Under the pieces are notes generated by a model, which saw only the letters and a list, made by a program, of their open reading frames with translations, ran no database searches and was not told the origin of the DNA. 64,000 nucleotides of DNA from Auanema rhodensis (taxonomy: Eukaryota; Animalia; Nematoda). This document shows positions 44,190-61,036 of this stretch, in pieces. The stretch lies in assembly GCA_964057225.1 (NCBI GenBank), contig OZ059895.1, positions 8,122,001-8,186,000 of the forward strand, in the 5' to 3' direction. The first letter of the stretch is position 1. Every line of letters starts with the position of its first letter. A program made the translations under genes and the position numbers.

Positions 44190-45615
44190 ATGAATAGGCC
44201 ACCAAGTTTTAATTTGGAAGAAAGAATCCGCAAGGCCAAGCCTCAATTAGAACAAAGTGGTATTTCCTATTCTTTAACGGTATATTTCTATCTCTAATTT
44301 ACAAACTTTTTTGGAAACACTTTAGTATGTTGGTTATGTTCCTGTCCTAGCTCCTGTTCATCAAATGGGCAGAGAGATTCGTGAATCTCTAATCAGGTAA
44401 AAGTTTGTTGTTATTTTTAATTATACTGTATTACTTGTGTAGAGAAGTGCTTCTGACGATGTCAGCACTTAAAAATAAACTGTCACCACCAACTCCATTG
44501 GAAATTACATCGAAAGTACACTAAATTCATTTATATATTAAACACTATGCATTCTTTTATAGCTGATGGCTGCTCCTAAACTCTTAGATATCAAAGTAAT
44601 TTTAACGATAAGCGCTGAAAATATCACGGTTATATACGATGAAAGCGAAAAAGAACCGTATTGTAATAAATTAGGAGCTCTACTTAGACAGCATCCCGTT
44701 AAATATACTTCAATAGTTGATTCTATAGTAAGATTTTCTTAATAACTAAATCTTATAATGATTTTGAAGGCTGAATGTAACGATTTTTTTGCTTATATTT
44801 CAAAGAAAAATAATTCAACTGACCGAAGATGTTGTGTATTTTGGGCTTCCCCGGAAACGGTTATTTTAATATCAAATGTAGTTACAGTATAATTAATTTT
44901 AGACAAAAGATGTTGTTGATACATTAGAAGAAGCAATAGAAATTAGTACAGAAACTTCTGAAATGTTAGAGAATGGTAGAAAAACACCAACACCCTCGAA
45001 TTTCCATCATAGTCGGGTATGTTGAAGATTCTTATTACTGAAATTAATTAAAATATCTACAGAATGGTTCATCTGGCGCAGCCACGCCAACACCACGTAT
45101 TAAACTTATTTTTTGTTCTAGGTTAATTTATTTTCTTTAGCATCTATACCTTCTCAAGGTGCAAAATATTCGAAGTTGTTTGTGCATCCGTGGTACCATG
45201 GCATGATAAGCCGTGAAGCAGCTGTTCAGCTTTTAAAGAACCCAGGAGATTTCCTAATTAGGTAGTATTAGTAGTTTCTTAGCATACAGTTTTATGTTTT
45301 CGTTTTTAAGAGAAAGTAGCAAGAACCAGAACCAACTTATTTTATCAGCTGTTTGTGAGCGTAATTTTCATCGGCATTTAGAATTATTCTCTGGTGATGG
45401 CTTGGTTTGTTCTTTTTTTCTCGTTATTGTTATTGTTATTGCTATTTGTTGTTCTTTATTTTGAACTGAAATACTTTCAGTTACGCGTAGGTGATTTGGT
45501 TTTTCGAGCCGTTGAGGACATGATAGATCATTTCAAGAAAGAAGGAACTCCTATAAGCAGCCCTAACGTATCAACCAATATGTATCTGACTCATCCGATA
45601 TATCGCTCCAATTGA
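44190..45615 (+). CDS. shc-1: SHC-family PTB-SH2 adaptor
   Basis: PTB 'GISYSLTYVGYVPVL..FFAYISK..DRRCCVF'; short linker; SH2 'PWYHGMISREAAVQLLKNPGDFLIRES..VFRAVEDMIDHF'. Which shc paralogue it is remains uncertain. Confidence 0.8.
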
Positions 45616-46143
45616 AGCGTTAAATCTAGAAATGTACATACTTTTCAGTCAGGTTAAATTAATTTGATTGTATTTGAAAGTTCATGTGATAATTCTCCTA
45701 TCCCTGAAAGCAATATTTATTGTCATTGATAATTCGTGTCAAATTATGCTCATTCGCAATTCATAGATAAGTTTAAATTCCTTTTCGGAAAAATTATAGA
45801 TAAAACTTCAGGATACTATTACTTGGATTTCTCTCCTCGTTTTGGTTTTTTTTACAATTAATTATGTTGATCAGAGTTATATTATATTGTACACATATAC
45901 AGATATCACAAATAACTTGTGATATTTATTTTTTAGAATTGAATTGTAATATTTTCTGATGATTGAGTCAGTATAAAACAGCCTCCTCTGCAGAAAAACG
46001 TGTTGTTACAGCAACGAAAAAGACTTCTTCATATATTAGTCTTATATAATATATAATTCAGAAAATGATGTTTATTTTCATATAAATATATGACACTTTC
46101 ATGATAATTTTTTAAAAATACACTTATATATAGATTTTGAAAA

Positions 46144-47625
46144 TTATTTCCACATATTCTCCAAGACATTAAAATATTTAGTAGCATGTAAATGTTGTTC
46201 AACAGCTAAGACATCTCCACTTAATGATAAAATTCGTATTGGTTCTGCAAAAAAAATAAAATTATTAAATAAAATTATTAAAAACATAAAATTTGAATAA
46301 TTCATGACTTTCGGCTTAATAATTATAAATATTGAATTTCAAATTTTGTATTGCAAAGTTGTTAACTTACCAACTGCTTTCTTGGAATGTCGCGAAAAAT
46401 TAAGATATTCTCTTACAACTTCATTGAACGAAGCTTTCCATATAGGATTTGCATTCATAGTACTAATTACCAATGTTATAGGTAAGAAAGCAAATAAAAA
46501 TTCATAAAGATGATATAAAATGAAAACTACCAGATCCTTATGTGGAAATATCTTAAATAATTTCATTTTCTCTTCATGTTTAATGTTTTTATTTACCTGA
46601 ATAGCAAAAAATGCAATTGCTAAACAAGTAAAACATCCGATTAAAAATGTTCTTAAAGCAGATTTTATTATGCGACCAAGCCGAACATTTTCTGATAATT
46701 GAAACCTGAAATTTTATATAAAAATTATATTATAATATTTAAAGAAATCAAGTGATTCGTATGAACGAATCTTGTAATCGAAAAAAATTTGCTGCAGTTT
46801 ATTCAACTTAACTCAAAAAAAATAAACAAAAAACTCACTTAACAGTTAAAGAATATGCACTAATGTTTCTTTTGTACTCATTTTCTGACCAAGCTGTAAG
46901 CTTAGTGAAAACACATAGAACAATTATTCCAATAACAAGCCCTAAGCTTAAAAAGCAAACTATGTTAACTTTCCCTGAAAAATATATGGAAAATAGAAAT
47001 ACAAGGTAGCAACATACAAAAGATTATACTGTAGCAACATGCTAAAGGAAAAATCCAAGTCCAAATTAAAGTAAGAGTTAGTACAAATGGAGATCTAAAT
47101 TCGGATTATTATTCTTCAAAGGTTCTCTTGTTTTACCTTTGTTTTTCATAAGTTCTAATTTGAATTGTAGCAATAACTCGTTCAAATACAAGTATCATAC
47201 AGGCTAAAAGTGCCGTACATGCGGCTGATGTACGTAAAGCATCCAAGTAAATGGTATATGGGATTGTTGATACAATTTCTAAATAAAATGTGAATAATTA
47301 TTCATGAAATTCGATAAATTCTACCAAAATTACGAGATCCATCAGTCCAAAAAAGAAAAATAATTATTAATCGAGGAATAGAAATAGCGAAATAAGAAAT
47401 AAATAGAGTTGTAACTATAGTTAAAACATGTGGATGAAACTGAGGATGAAGCATATAAACTACATAACCTAGAGAAAAAAAATTAAATAATAACGTTTTA
47501 AGAAGCTTACCTCCTGTTATTATGTAGAAAAAAGCTATAGCAACTACCACTATTTCTAAGATTAACACAGATAAATGAACAGCTTCAAAGCCTTTAGGCA
47601 CAACTATGTCATTTACGGTAATCAT
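46144..47625 (-). CDS. Serpentine chemoreceptor, Sre-like class (second copy)
   Basis: 'HPQFHPH', 'FERVIATIQIRTYEK', 'YSLTVKFQLSENVR', C-terminal 'KYFNVLENMWK*' and multiple TM segments. Confidence 0.8.
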
Positions 47626-49427
47626 TTGTTTAAGAATAAAATAAACGATCTAATTGTTTAATAATCTGCAATGATTCAGAATCTGATATTAAACCGCCGC
47701 AAAAAGAACGGAATATAAGTTTAGACTTGAAGCATTTATGGTTATTGGTTGCTCAGATCAAAAAAATGAATTACGAATCTTTATACAAATTATTAAGTAG
47801 GTAGGTAATTATAGGATAAAATTAAATTATTCATCTAATGATTAAAAATATAGGCTTTGATAATGCATGAGGTTTATTCTTCAATATTCTGTTCTGAATA
47901 AATAATAAATGATTTCACATTGAATGCTTTAATTTTTTTAATCTTATTCTTTTTTTTTTATTTACTATACATGCATACATACATATATTATATTATATAT
48001 GTATACATTTGTATATTGAAATATATAGATTGGATTAAGAAAATCAAAAAAAAAACCTACTTCAGGCAGAAGAGATGAAAAAAGCAAATCAAATATTTCA
48101 CGTTTCATGTGTTCATAGTTAATTGGATGCTGATACTTCTCTTAATTCTGATTACTACAACATGATATTAACTTTATTTTTTCGATCAAATGATTTTCTA
48201 TATAATTTTCAACATATGTATTATGAATGAGTATTTCATGAAAAGATATTCGAAGAATAATACCGTATATCTTTTTTGCCATTTTTCATGAAAACACAAA
48301 AACTATTCATCAAAGATTACGAGGTCAAACAAACACAAAAACAAGTATAATCAATAATAGTGTTTAGCAACCATAACTGATGTTTCAAATTAGAAATACA
48401 AGTTTCTAGATTACTGATGAAGTCAGTTTACTCTAACTAATTGACAGTGTGTTCTATACTATGTGTAGAACACCACACTTTATCTGTCATTACAGTTGAA
48501 AAAGAAGATTTTTTTTCGAATATGCTGATTTGAATGTATATTCTTCTTTTATTTTTAGAAAACATTCTTGCAATGTTTATCATTTCTAATTTCTATTCAA
48601 TTTTATTTGAAAATAAGTTCACAGTTTCAGATTTCGTTTTTTTTTTATTTTATCACTTTTTTTCTAATCAGCTCAAGCTTATCGAATTCGAATTAATAAT
48701 CATATTTTTATTCATAATGATTCAAATTAGAAAAGATTTACATAATACTTATTATGAAAATGATATTTATGCTTCAATGTTTTCATTAATCATTATTTTT
48801 GATGATTTTTTTTATTCCTTTGTAATTTAAACTATTATTTAGCTGTAGTTTATAGTTAATTTGTTTGAGCAGTTTATGTAATCAAATAGGTGAAGGAAGA
48901 GGAAGCGAGGGGGTGTAATATCGCGTGAGGTGCATTGCCAACACCACCTCACCATCAGCTCATCAGACGTTCTTGTATTATCCTTATATAGTGGAGAAGC
49001 CTTATCAAAAACTTTTCTGTTCCAGCCAATAGATTAACTGACGCAATGCGAACGTTTCTTAGTATACCCCCAGGCTATTTTCTCCGGAAAGGAAGCTGTT
49101 GAAGTTGTGTATTGATTGTTGTCCATTTTGATGAAAGTCACGTTCACCCGAGTGATATGCTACTGCCACTTGTTCTCCTTTCTTTTTTCACTTCCAGTAT
49201 TCTGGAAAACATGCCCTTGATTTGTGCTAAGTTTTATAAAAATCGTTTTTGTTGTCATTGATTCGCGTATTTTCCACTCCCAACTGACAATTCTTGTTGG
49301 CCATTGTCTGTTGATATGTTGGCAAAGATACACATAACATCGATTTTTTTCACTCTAAATCTTAGCAATCTTAGTATTAGCTGATTTATGGTATTTCTAA
49401 TTATCACTGTTTTGTTAATTTCAGAAA

Positions 49428-51832
<2,405 letters not shown>

Positions 51833-52111
51833 AAGTGTTATTTATTGATTATACAAACCAGTATCTGAATGTATAATTTGTTTTGTTTTTTAATAGATAT
51901 ACAAAGATTGTTTTATAGCTTGTTTATTTTCTAGTCCACAATTGTCCGGTACAAGATTAAGTTTTAAATAGCTTTTAGTTTTAGACAATTTTTATTAAAT
52001 AATAAACATCAGATTTATTGTCTTCATGTTACAAGATATACCGAGGTCTTTTATCCTCTGCAATATTTTGGGAAAAAATGTATTAATTCAATGAAAATAA
52101 TAAAAATATAG

Positions 52112-52857
52112 ATGGCCGGTTACGCCTTGAAACGACTTATGACCGAATATAAAGGTTAGAACAATAATTTCTTTTAAAAGCTAATTATAATAATAAAAAA
52201 TTGATTAAACAAGAACAGTAAAGCATTGATTATCTATTATAGAACTTACTAATCGTCCTCCTGAGGGCATCATTGCTGCTCCCATCGATGAAGAAAATTT
52301 TTTTGAATGGGAATGTTTGATCACAGGTACTTTGTGATCAAAGGATTTAAAAAATATTTTTATTCACCTATAGGGCCAGAAGACACATGCTTTGCAAACG
52401 GTGTATTTCCTGCACGCATATCATTCCCTCAGGATTATCCTCTTAGTCCTCCTAAAATGAAGTTCTGTTGCGAATTATTTCATCCCAATATCTATCAAGA
52501 TGGACGTGTTTGTATTTCTATTCTTCATGCTCCTGGTGATGATCCAACTGGTTACGAAAGTTCGTCAGAAAGGTAAATCTACTTTTCCATATAAATATAA
52601 ATATATGCATAATCTTTGTATTTTAAGATGGAGCCCTGTTCAATCGATAGAAAAGATCCTTCTTAGCGTTGTCAGCATGTTAGCCGGTGAGTTTTAAATA
52701 TAAAAAAAAAACAAAATTATACGATTTATTAGAACCAAATGATGAATCGCCAGCTAATGTTAATGCTGCAAAAATGTGGAGAGAAGATCGTACTCAATTT
52801 GAACGAATTGCAGATAATCTTGTAAGAAAAACATTGTGTTTACCTCAAGCTGAATAA
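52112..52857 (+). CDS. ubc-14: Ubiquitin-conjugating enzyme UBE2G2/Ubc7
   Basis: '[14 protein letters not shown]', active site '[17 protein letters not shown]', acidic loop '[21 protein letters not shown]'. Confidence 0.95.
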
Positions 52858-53283
52858 TCTTTTTTTCTTAAATTATAGCAATTCTCAATATATTTTATAG
52901 AATGTTATTTAACTTAAAATTGATGTACATTCCTTGTAATACATAAATTTGCATGTACTGACTATAGTTCTTCTCATTTTATAACAAAGTTGTGATTTTT
53001 GTCTGTTATATATGAGCTAAAACATAAATTTCATGTTCATCTTTTTTATTTTAACAAATATTTCTGACAACATTCGTTAATCCCAGTATTTTATATGCAA
53101 ATTTTGAAAATCAAATAAGTTCAGGAGAAGAGGGACAATCATTTTATTTATATAAACTTATATAATTAGTTCGTAACATTTTAATAAAGAAATTGATTCG
53201 AAAATTGATTTAAATATCCAGTAACTGAGAGAGGAAGGCTTTCTAGAGTAGGAAGGTTATTAGAGATTTGATGCCAATACGCG

Positions 53284-53297
53284 GTTGCTATGGTCAC
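53284..53297 (+). promoter_or_regulatory. X-box (RFX/DAF-19 site) upstream of cep-290
   Basis: GTTGCT-AT-GGTCAC, one mismatch from GTHNYY-AT-RRNAAC, about 190 bp before the ATG of a ciliary gene. Confidence 0.65.
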
Positions 53298-53485
53298 CAT
53301 ATCGCTTTGACAACTAGAAACTAAACAAGTTGCTAAGGGTTAGCGTATGAAATCATGAGCTTGCCAGCTTATCTTTAACAACAGTTATCTTTACTCAATA
53401 ATATTTAATTATTATTTTTGATAATATGTTTATTTAATTAGTAATTATTTCAGAATAAAATAGTATGTGTTAAGAATAGAAGATC

Positions 53486-56433
53486 ATGTCATCTATGGAT
53501 ATGTCTCCTCTGCCAGAGGACTATCCGCAAGCTATTAACTATCGATCTTTAGAAGAATTAGTTAATAATGATGATTTGGAAGATATAATAACTATTAAAA
53601 GATGGTGTGAAAAACTCCAACATGTGAGTGTACCAAAATGAAAACTTCAATGAAAATTATTTATTTTTAGTTCAAATTAGAAGGCACTGAAAGCACCTAC
53701 GAGCTACAAACATTGGTTAATGGCCTCAGGTTTTTTTTATGAATTTGAATTTATTTCTTATTATTTAAGTTTTAGTTATCTTATGAGTTATATGTTCACT
53801 GCTGCCGATGAGTTGAAAGAAGTAGCTGAACGAGAAACATCAGCAATGGCTGAAAGGGAAGATCAATGGGAAGAAGAGAAACAAGAACTTAAGGTAAAAC
53901 TCAATTATTTTTATATTTTTATATTTTTATTTTGTTAAGGAAGAACTGGAATCTTTAAGAGAGCGTATCACTTCAAGAGCTGATGCAGGAGAATCTAGTG
54001 AAGCTTTTCGGTATGTTTCATTATTTGTTTTTGAAAAAGGCATTGATGTTAAAACTAAATATTCCGTTTAAGTGACCAAATTAACAGCTTGAAAGAGGAA
54101 AATAGAGCTTTACAACAGTTGAATCGAGATCGTGACAGACAAATGGCTGATCAAAGTGATAGGTAAGTAAACGATTTCTCACATTATTCAGTTTATTCTA
54201 TATTCTCTTTGTTATGTTTTTCATAAATCAACTGCTTTTCCAGGTTTGAAGCCTTAGTTGCTCGGGTAGATGCATTAACTCGCGAACGAGACACTCTTAT
54301 TGATTACGTATGTTGATTTAGAATATAAATTTCTTAAGAATCATTTTAGAAAGCTCAATCAGAAGATACTATTAGTGAGTTACGTCGCCGAATTTTCGCA
54401 AAATCAGAAGAATCAACGAATGAATGGGAAACTAAAAAATTGAAACAACGAAATGAACAAGCTGTCACACTTAGTCGTCAAATGCAGGTAAAATTGAATT
54501 ACATATTGTATTTGTTATATAAACAAAAACTTTATTGTGTTTTAGAGTGTCGTAACACAAAATGAAGAATTACGATCAGAAGTCAGTAAAGTTAGTAATG
54601 CGTTAGAAGAAGCAACACGTCTGATTGAAGAAAGCTCAAAAAAGTAAGTTTGATTGAATGCAACCGGATAACATACAATAGAAATTCTCAAAATGAAATG
54701 AATCTGTCAATTCAACGTTATTACAGAATATCCGATCTCAAAGAAGAACTACAAGTAATGCAGGATCACGAAGCTGATTTGACGAATGAAAATGCTGTAT
54801 TACGAGAAAAATTAGAAGAACATACTTCTAAAACAGAACAATTAGAAAGCGAAGTTCTTGATTCTGAAATGGGAATGAAGGTTTAACTATTAGATTTAGT
54901 TTAATAATAATTAAAAATAATTTAGAAACTGATAAACCAACAGGAACAAACAATCAATGATCTGAAAGATGAGCTTGATCTTGCTGATGTAATTTTTATA
55001 TTTTATATAATTTTTCTTATTAAAAATCATAAATTATAGAGAGAATTAATAACTTTACGAGAACGAATAGCTAACGATATGAGCAAGCAAAAGGAAGATG
55101 AATTAGAAAAATTAAAAGATGAACTTGTTGAGGCTACAAAGTAAACATTCATATAATTCCTTTAAAGTTATAAATTTTTATCCAGAATGGCTCGAGAATT
55201 GTTTGGAGAACATGCTCAGAGTAAAGAACAAACAGATGATCCAACTGCCAACTTACGTATTCGTTTAGTTCAACTGGAACATAAGCTGCGGAAAGGATTG
55301 GAAAAGGTGATTGAGTAAAGAAATATTTGAATTATATTAATCGTTTAGAATGATGAGTTACAACGTAATCATCAAGAATTAGAAGATGAATTAGTGAAGA
55401 AAGATGAGAATCATGCTAATCTTGCAGCTGAAGTAGAACGTCTACGTGATGTGAGTTGAATTTACTTAAAACCATATTAATATTTTGTGGATTTCAGCTT
55501 AAATTTGGAGATGCTCGTGGGGAAGTCAACAGACTTGAATATCAATTAAAGCAACGTGACAATCAAATTAGTAAATTAACTAATTTCTGTACTATGCTTC
55601 AAATAGAACTTGGACGATATGCAGAACGTGAGGATCAACTCTCACAGTCTGATAACACGTCAACAACGAAAAACAAACAGAAACATGTTCAAAAGAAAGA
55701 AGAAGAACTACGTGAAGATAGTAAAACTACTAAAAAGGATGATAAAACTGTTTCTGTGATAGAAGATCATTCAGAAGTTGATGAATCAGAAGAAGCTTCT
55801 AAAACAAGTTCAAAAACAAAAGAAAAGCAAAAGAAATCTTCCATTAAATATAGTTCTGTATCAGATTTTGAGCATCAAGCAATGCTTGTATCTAGTCTTT
55901 ACTATGAAATAATGAAACTTATCGAGGTTAGACATGTTATATATTCAATTCTTATACAAATATTTTAAGGAGAATAATGAGAAAAATAGACAATTAGGTG
56001 AAATGGAATATTTATTAAAACAAAGAAAATCTGTTTCTGATATGAGTAAAGCACATGTTCAAGTATGTTCAAACTTTCTTTATTCAAAAGAAAACTGATT
56101 GAAATAAATGATTTTAGTTCGCGTATGAAGAAATTCGTCGACTTAAGGAACAATCAGAACTTGAAGTTTATGAGCATGAGCATGAATCATCATCATCACA
56201 AGAAGAACTTGAATTATCACGTATGGAGAATGAAGAATTAAAGGTTTTTTTGAATAATTTAATAATTATAATAGAATATTATTACTTCAGAGATTCCAAG
56301 AGTCTATACGTACAGGTGGAAATGAATTGGAAAGACGAGCAGAGGAAATGGCAAGAAAATTAATTTCTGAACGAATGCAGACAATTCGGTATATATTTAG
56401 AGTATATTTATCTATTTATCTAGCTATATATAC

Positions 56434-56474
<41 letters not shown>

Positions 56475-59400
56475 ATTTAATAAATTAAAATATATTTTAG
56501 ATTATCACGATCATGTACTGTTTTGAGAACTCGTTTGAGAAGAGTTGAAGAAACATCAAACAAATTAAAAGAAAAAATAGTTAAAACTCGATCACGGAAT
56601 GATAAACATATAGCTAATTTACAATATGAATTGGTAAAATATATATTTTTTTATAAAACTCATTAAAATATTTATTTCTTAAAGGATTCAACTTGTATGG
56701 AATTAGCTGCTATGCAACATCGTGTTATTCATTCAGTTTCATTAAAACAATTTGAGGAATTAAGTTTGAAATATCGTAAAATTCTTAAAAAAGAATTAAT
56801 TGGTACAGATCATATTGAAGTAAATTACAAGAAATTTTAATAAAATATTTAAACTTTCCCTTTTTAGAATACAGCACCTTTGATTGATTTAAAATCTGAT
56901 ACTGTTATTGGAGGTAATAATTATGATACTTCTACGGAACAATTAATGGCTAAAAATACATATTTAAAGGTAATTTAGAGTTTAATCTTTTATAAAATCT
57001 TATTTATTTATATTTTTAGAAGATTATCTCTGTATTAACTGATCAAAATGAATTTTGGAGTAAAGAAACAGAACTTCTTCAAACAGAAAATGAAGAACTT
57101 AAAAAGTTTATGGAAGATATTGAAAATGAATCAGATTTAAAAAGTATATTAGGTATAAGAAATTTATATAAATTATATAATTATATTCATATAATTCAGC
57201 TGCAATTGAACATCGACTTCTATTTACTATTCGAGATCAACAAGAAACTGTTTTTGAACTTCAACGAGAAACACGTAAGAAACAGGATGCTGATGAGCTT
57301 TTATCAAAAAGTCGTTTGGAATGGGCAAATGAACGGAAACGATTTGTTCATATGGTTGTAGTTCTTCAACGAGCTCTTCAAGTATGTTATTTCTTTTTTT
57401 TTTTGAATTTGAATTTGAAACATGTTATTTCAGCAACAACGTAGTAACAATATGGCTTCATTTACATTAGAACAAATGGAAAAATTAAAAAGTAAAATAG
57501 GAGAAAATCTACAATTAGAAGAACAAGCTATGAAAAAGAGAAGAGAGGTTATATTATTATAATTATTATAATTATATAAATAAGCTATTATTAGGCTGAA
57601 CATGTACATGAACAGTTAGAAGCTCAGCTCATGAATATGGCTAGTTCTAATCGTGCTAGATCAGTATTAGAAGATGAGGGAATGAATGTTCAACGTATGG
57701 AGAAAATGCTTCAAGCTGCGTATACCAACGTTAGTTTGGAAACTGCTAAGCTTGACAAGCTTGAAAAGATTGTATGAGTTGATTAAGTTTTTCAAAGAAA
57801 TTTTGAAACATGATATTCAGGTGGCTGGCAAAGATAAAGAGATTGAACGATTAAAAGAGGAAATAGGAAATCTTGAGAAAGAAAACGAAGAATATCTTCA
57901 AGCAATAACTACTATCAATATGGATCAAATAGGAAAAAAGTTTGTTCTAAGCGAACTGTTGGAAAAGCATTCAAGAGAACCTGCTGAGAATAATAATGTC
58001 GATGTTTCTGTAAAAGATGAAACTGATTATGAAATGGATTACGATAGTTCTGCAAATAGCGGTATTGCCTAGTATCATCGTTTTTGGGAATTTTTAGCGT
58101 TTTTTCTATAGAAAGCACATCTGAAAGATTGGTATTGAAGACGGTGGTTCACGATAACACTGCTGAATTCAAACATAAATTGGACCAAATGAAACAGACA
58201 GCTGAAGCAGCTATTCAAAGCTACAAGGTAGAAGATGAAGAAATAAGTTGTGTTAAAAACTATTTTTAGGAACAATTAACTCAAAAGGAGGCTGAAGTAG
58301 CTAGTTATCGAGAATTGTTACTTGTAAAGATGAATGAACCTGCTAAACGAATAACTGAAAAGGAGATTATAACAAAAGAGCTCAAAGTTCCTGATGAAGA
58401 AACTGAAATTAAGTTAAAGCAAGCAGTAAGAGAAATTGCCCGTTTGAAGGTATAAATAAGAAAAATTTACCATTTTAATTGAAATTTTAGGAAGAAATCG
58501 ATGAATTGCAAGCATCTAATCAAGATTTATATAAAAATCGTCAAAGTCTATTATCATCTGCTCGAAAATCAGCAATCAATGTAAATTTTTTAGTTTTATT
58601 GTTTTCTAATATTTAAATAATATTAAGGTCTCTATTCAAACTGATATAATAGAAGAAGTTAATTATAAAAAAGAAAAAGTTACATCTAAAATTAGCAAAG
58701 TTGCAAGTAAAAGTCTGTCTTCTGATACAGAAATTCCATTTGATATACAAGATGAACGATTGAAATATAAAAGTGAAATTCGTCATTTGCAAGATAGAAT
58801 TCGTAAACTTACAACTAGTAATAAGGTAATCATTTAAGAATTTTTTTCATTTTTTTTCAATTAAATTTAAAAATTTAGGAACTTATGATAGCTTGCAAAC
58901 GAATAAAAGATGACGCAATGGAGCAGTTAGAAGCTAAACGTCGAGAAGATTTTTCAACAGAAGCTAAAGTATATCAAAATGCAGAACAATTATTAAGGTC
59001 AGATTATATAAATTATAAATTATAAATTGTAAATATAATATTTAGAAAAGATATAGAAGAAATTCGTCATGAAAATCAAATATTAAAAAAGCGATTAACA
59101 GAAAAAAGTAAAATTATTGATGAGTTAAATGATGGAAAAAATCAAATAAAAAAGAATACAGAGGTTAGATATTTATAGTAATTTCATATATTAAAAATAT
59201 TTTTTAAAGGAAGAATTACAACGATGGAATGAAAGAAAGAAATTATTGGAACGAATTGATAATTTGCAGAAGAAACTTAAAGAAGCAAATGATGAAATTG
59301 CAAATTATAAAGGTTAATTATATTATTTATTTTTCAAATTTTAATTTTTAAAAGTTTAAGATAAACTAGAGAAACGAGATAAACATTTGGATCAAATTCG

Positions 59401-60264
59401 ATTTGAAGAACAATCATATGAGAAAGATATTCAGAGATTGCATCGTCAACTGACTACAATTAAAACAGAACGAGTAAGCTTTTTAAATTTTCAAATATGA
59501 AACGGAATACAAATGTCTTCTATCTAAGGATACTGCTGTTATGAATAGTCAGCAAGTTGTTATAATGCGGGATAAAGTTGCAACATTACAAGAGCAGTTA
59601 CATGTGAAAGATAGAGTAAGAGAATATTTTATGATTTGAAGATTTATTTGTTTTTTTAAGGAAATTTCTCGACAATCAAATATTTTACGTAAAATAGAAA
59701 AAGAAAAACATCAACTAAATGATCATCTTAAATCATTATCAAGTACTATAGATACACTTCAAAAAGAAAAAGATATTTTAAAAGCTACATCAATACCATC
59801 TCGATCTAATCAAGAACCTAAAGTAATAAAAGAAACTAAAATTATTATTAAAGATGATCAATCAGATGAAAATATTAAAAATTCTCGAAGACAATTACGT
59901 TTGGTGAGTCAAAATATTAAATTTTTCTCTAATTATAGTCATTCAGATGGAACTGAAATATAAAGAATGTGAGGAAAAGCTCCAAGTGTTATCAGATCAA
60001 CATGCAAGTTTATCAGAAGAATATTCCAAAGTTGCCAAGAAATTAGGTTAGTTCCAATGAGCATTTATTCTTCTATTTTCTCTATTTGAAGCTTCACGAG
60101 AAGAACGGTCAACTGGTGCAGTTGCGGTTTTAGGTGATAAGCTGCAAGCCAAGGATAAGGAAATATCTCAATTAGTAAGTAGAATGATAGCTTTCGATGA
60201 TAGAATTATCATTAATTTGCAGAAAGCCAGAATATATTCATTGGAAAGACGTTTATCACAGTAA
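53486..60264 (+). CDS. cep-290: CEP290-like ciliary transition-zone coiled-coil protein
   Basis: Long multi-exon coiled-coil gene. N-terminal 'LMSYMFTAADELKEVAERETSAMAEREDQWEEE' resembles nematode CEP-290 (from recall); 'KLQAKDKEI' near the C-terminus; upstream X-box. Confidence 0.78.
56424..56471. repeat. (TA)n microsatellite
   Basis: Intronic TA run with TACA interruptions. Confidence 0.85.
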
Positions 60265-61036
60265 AAATTAAATAAAAAACAGAAAGATTTAGGCAACTAA
60301 TCATCATATATAATATCACAGAAATATTTATCTAAACATATCATAGAAATATAAGAATTTATTATTTATAAATTATTATTATTATTATCACAAGTATTTA
60401 TTATATAAAATATGCCATGGATACAAAGAAGGTAAGCAAGATGAAAGGCCTAGAAAAGTATACAGGAAGATATAATCTGATAAAATAAGTGAAGTAAGGC
60501 ACAGTAGAAAAGAATATAAAAGGTAAAGTACGATATAGTATTTTCAAGTTAAGAATATTAAGAAAAACATTCAATTAAAAGAAAAATTCATACCAAAATC
60601 TATTTAATACTCAATATTCTATATAATCTAAATCTATTCTCAAGAAAAACTTTGATAAGATATCGTACTTTACTTCTTACATATATTCAATGTTATATCG
60701 TTAGTATGACAGTTATCGCAGAATAGTTTTGGTATTTATACAAAGTAAAAGAAAGTGATACCAGCAGTATTTAGCAAAATCCGTAATTCAAAAATTCCGT
60801 CGTATAATCATAAGTGGAAAAAATAACAAAAACTTTTTTTTCAATAAACTCTTTAAAGGTCAAATAGTATTTGGTAACCGGTTCCCAGAAATTCATGTTT
60901 TTTAAATTTAAAAATAAAACTTTGGTAATATACTGGCAAGAGCGAATGATTAATGGGGAAAATATCTATGCTGGAATCAAAATCAATCTCCTAACCTATT
61001 AGTCCCGTAATTCTCTCACATTTTGAAAAAAATAAT

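Noticed and set aside
49158-49260. Hydrophobic uORF as an N-terminal extension of GPI-1
   Set aside because: No convincing donor in the phase needed to join the 49425 acceptor.
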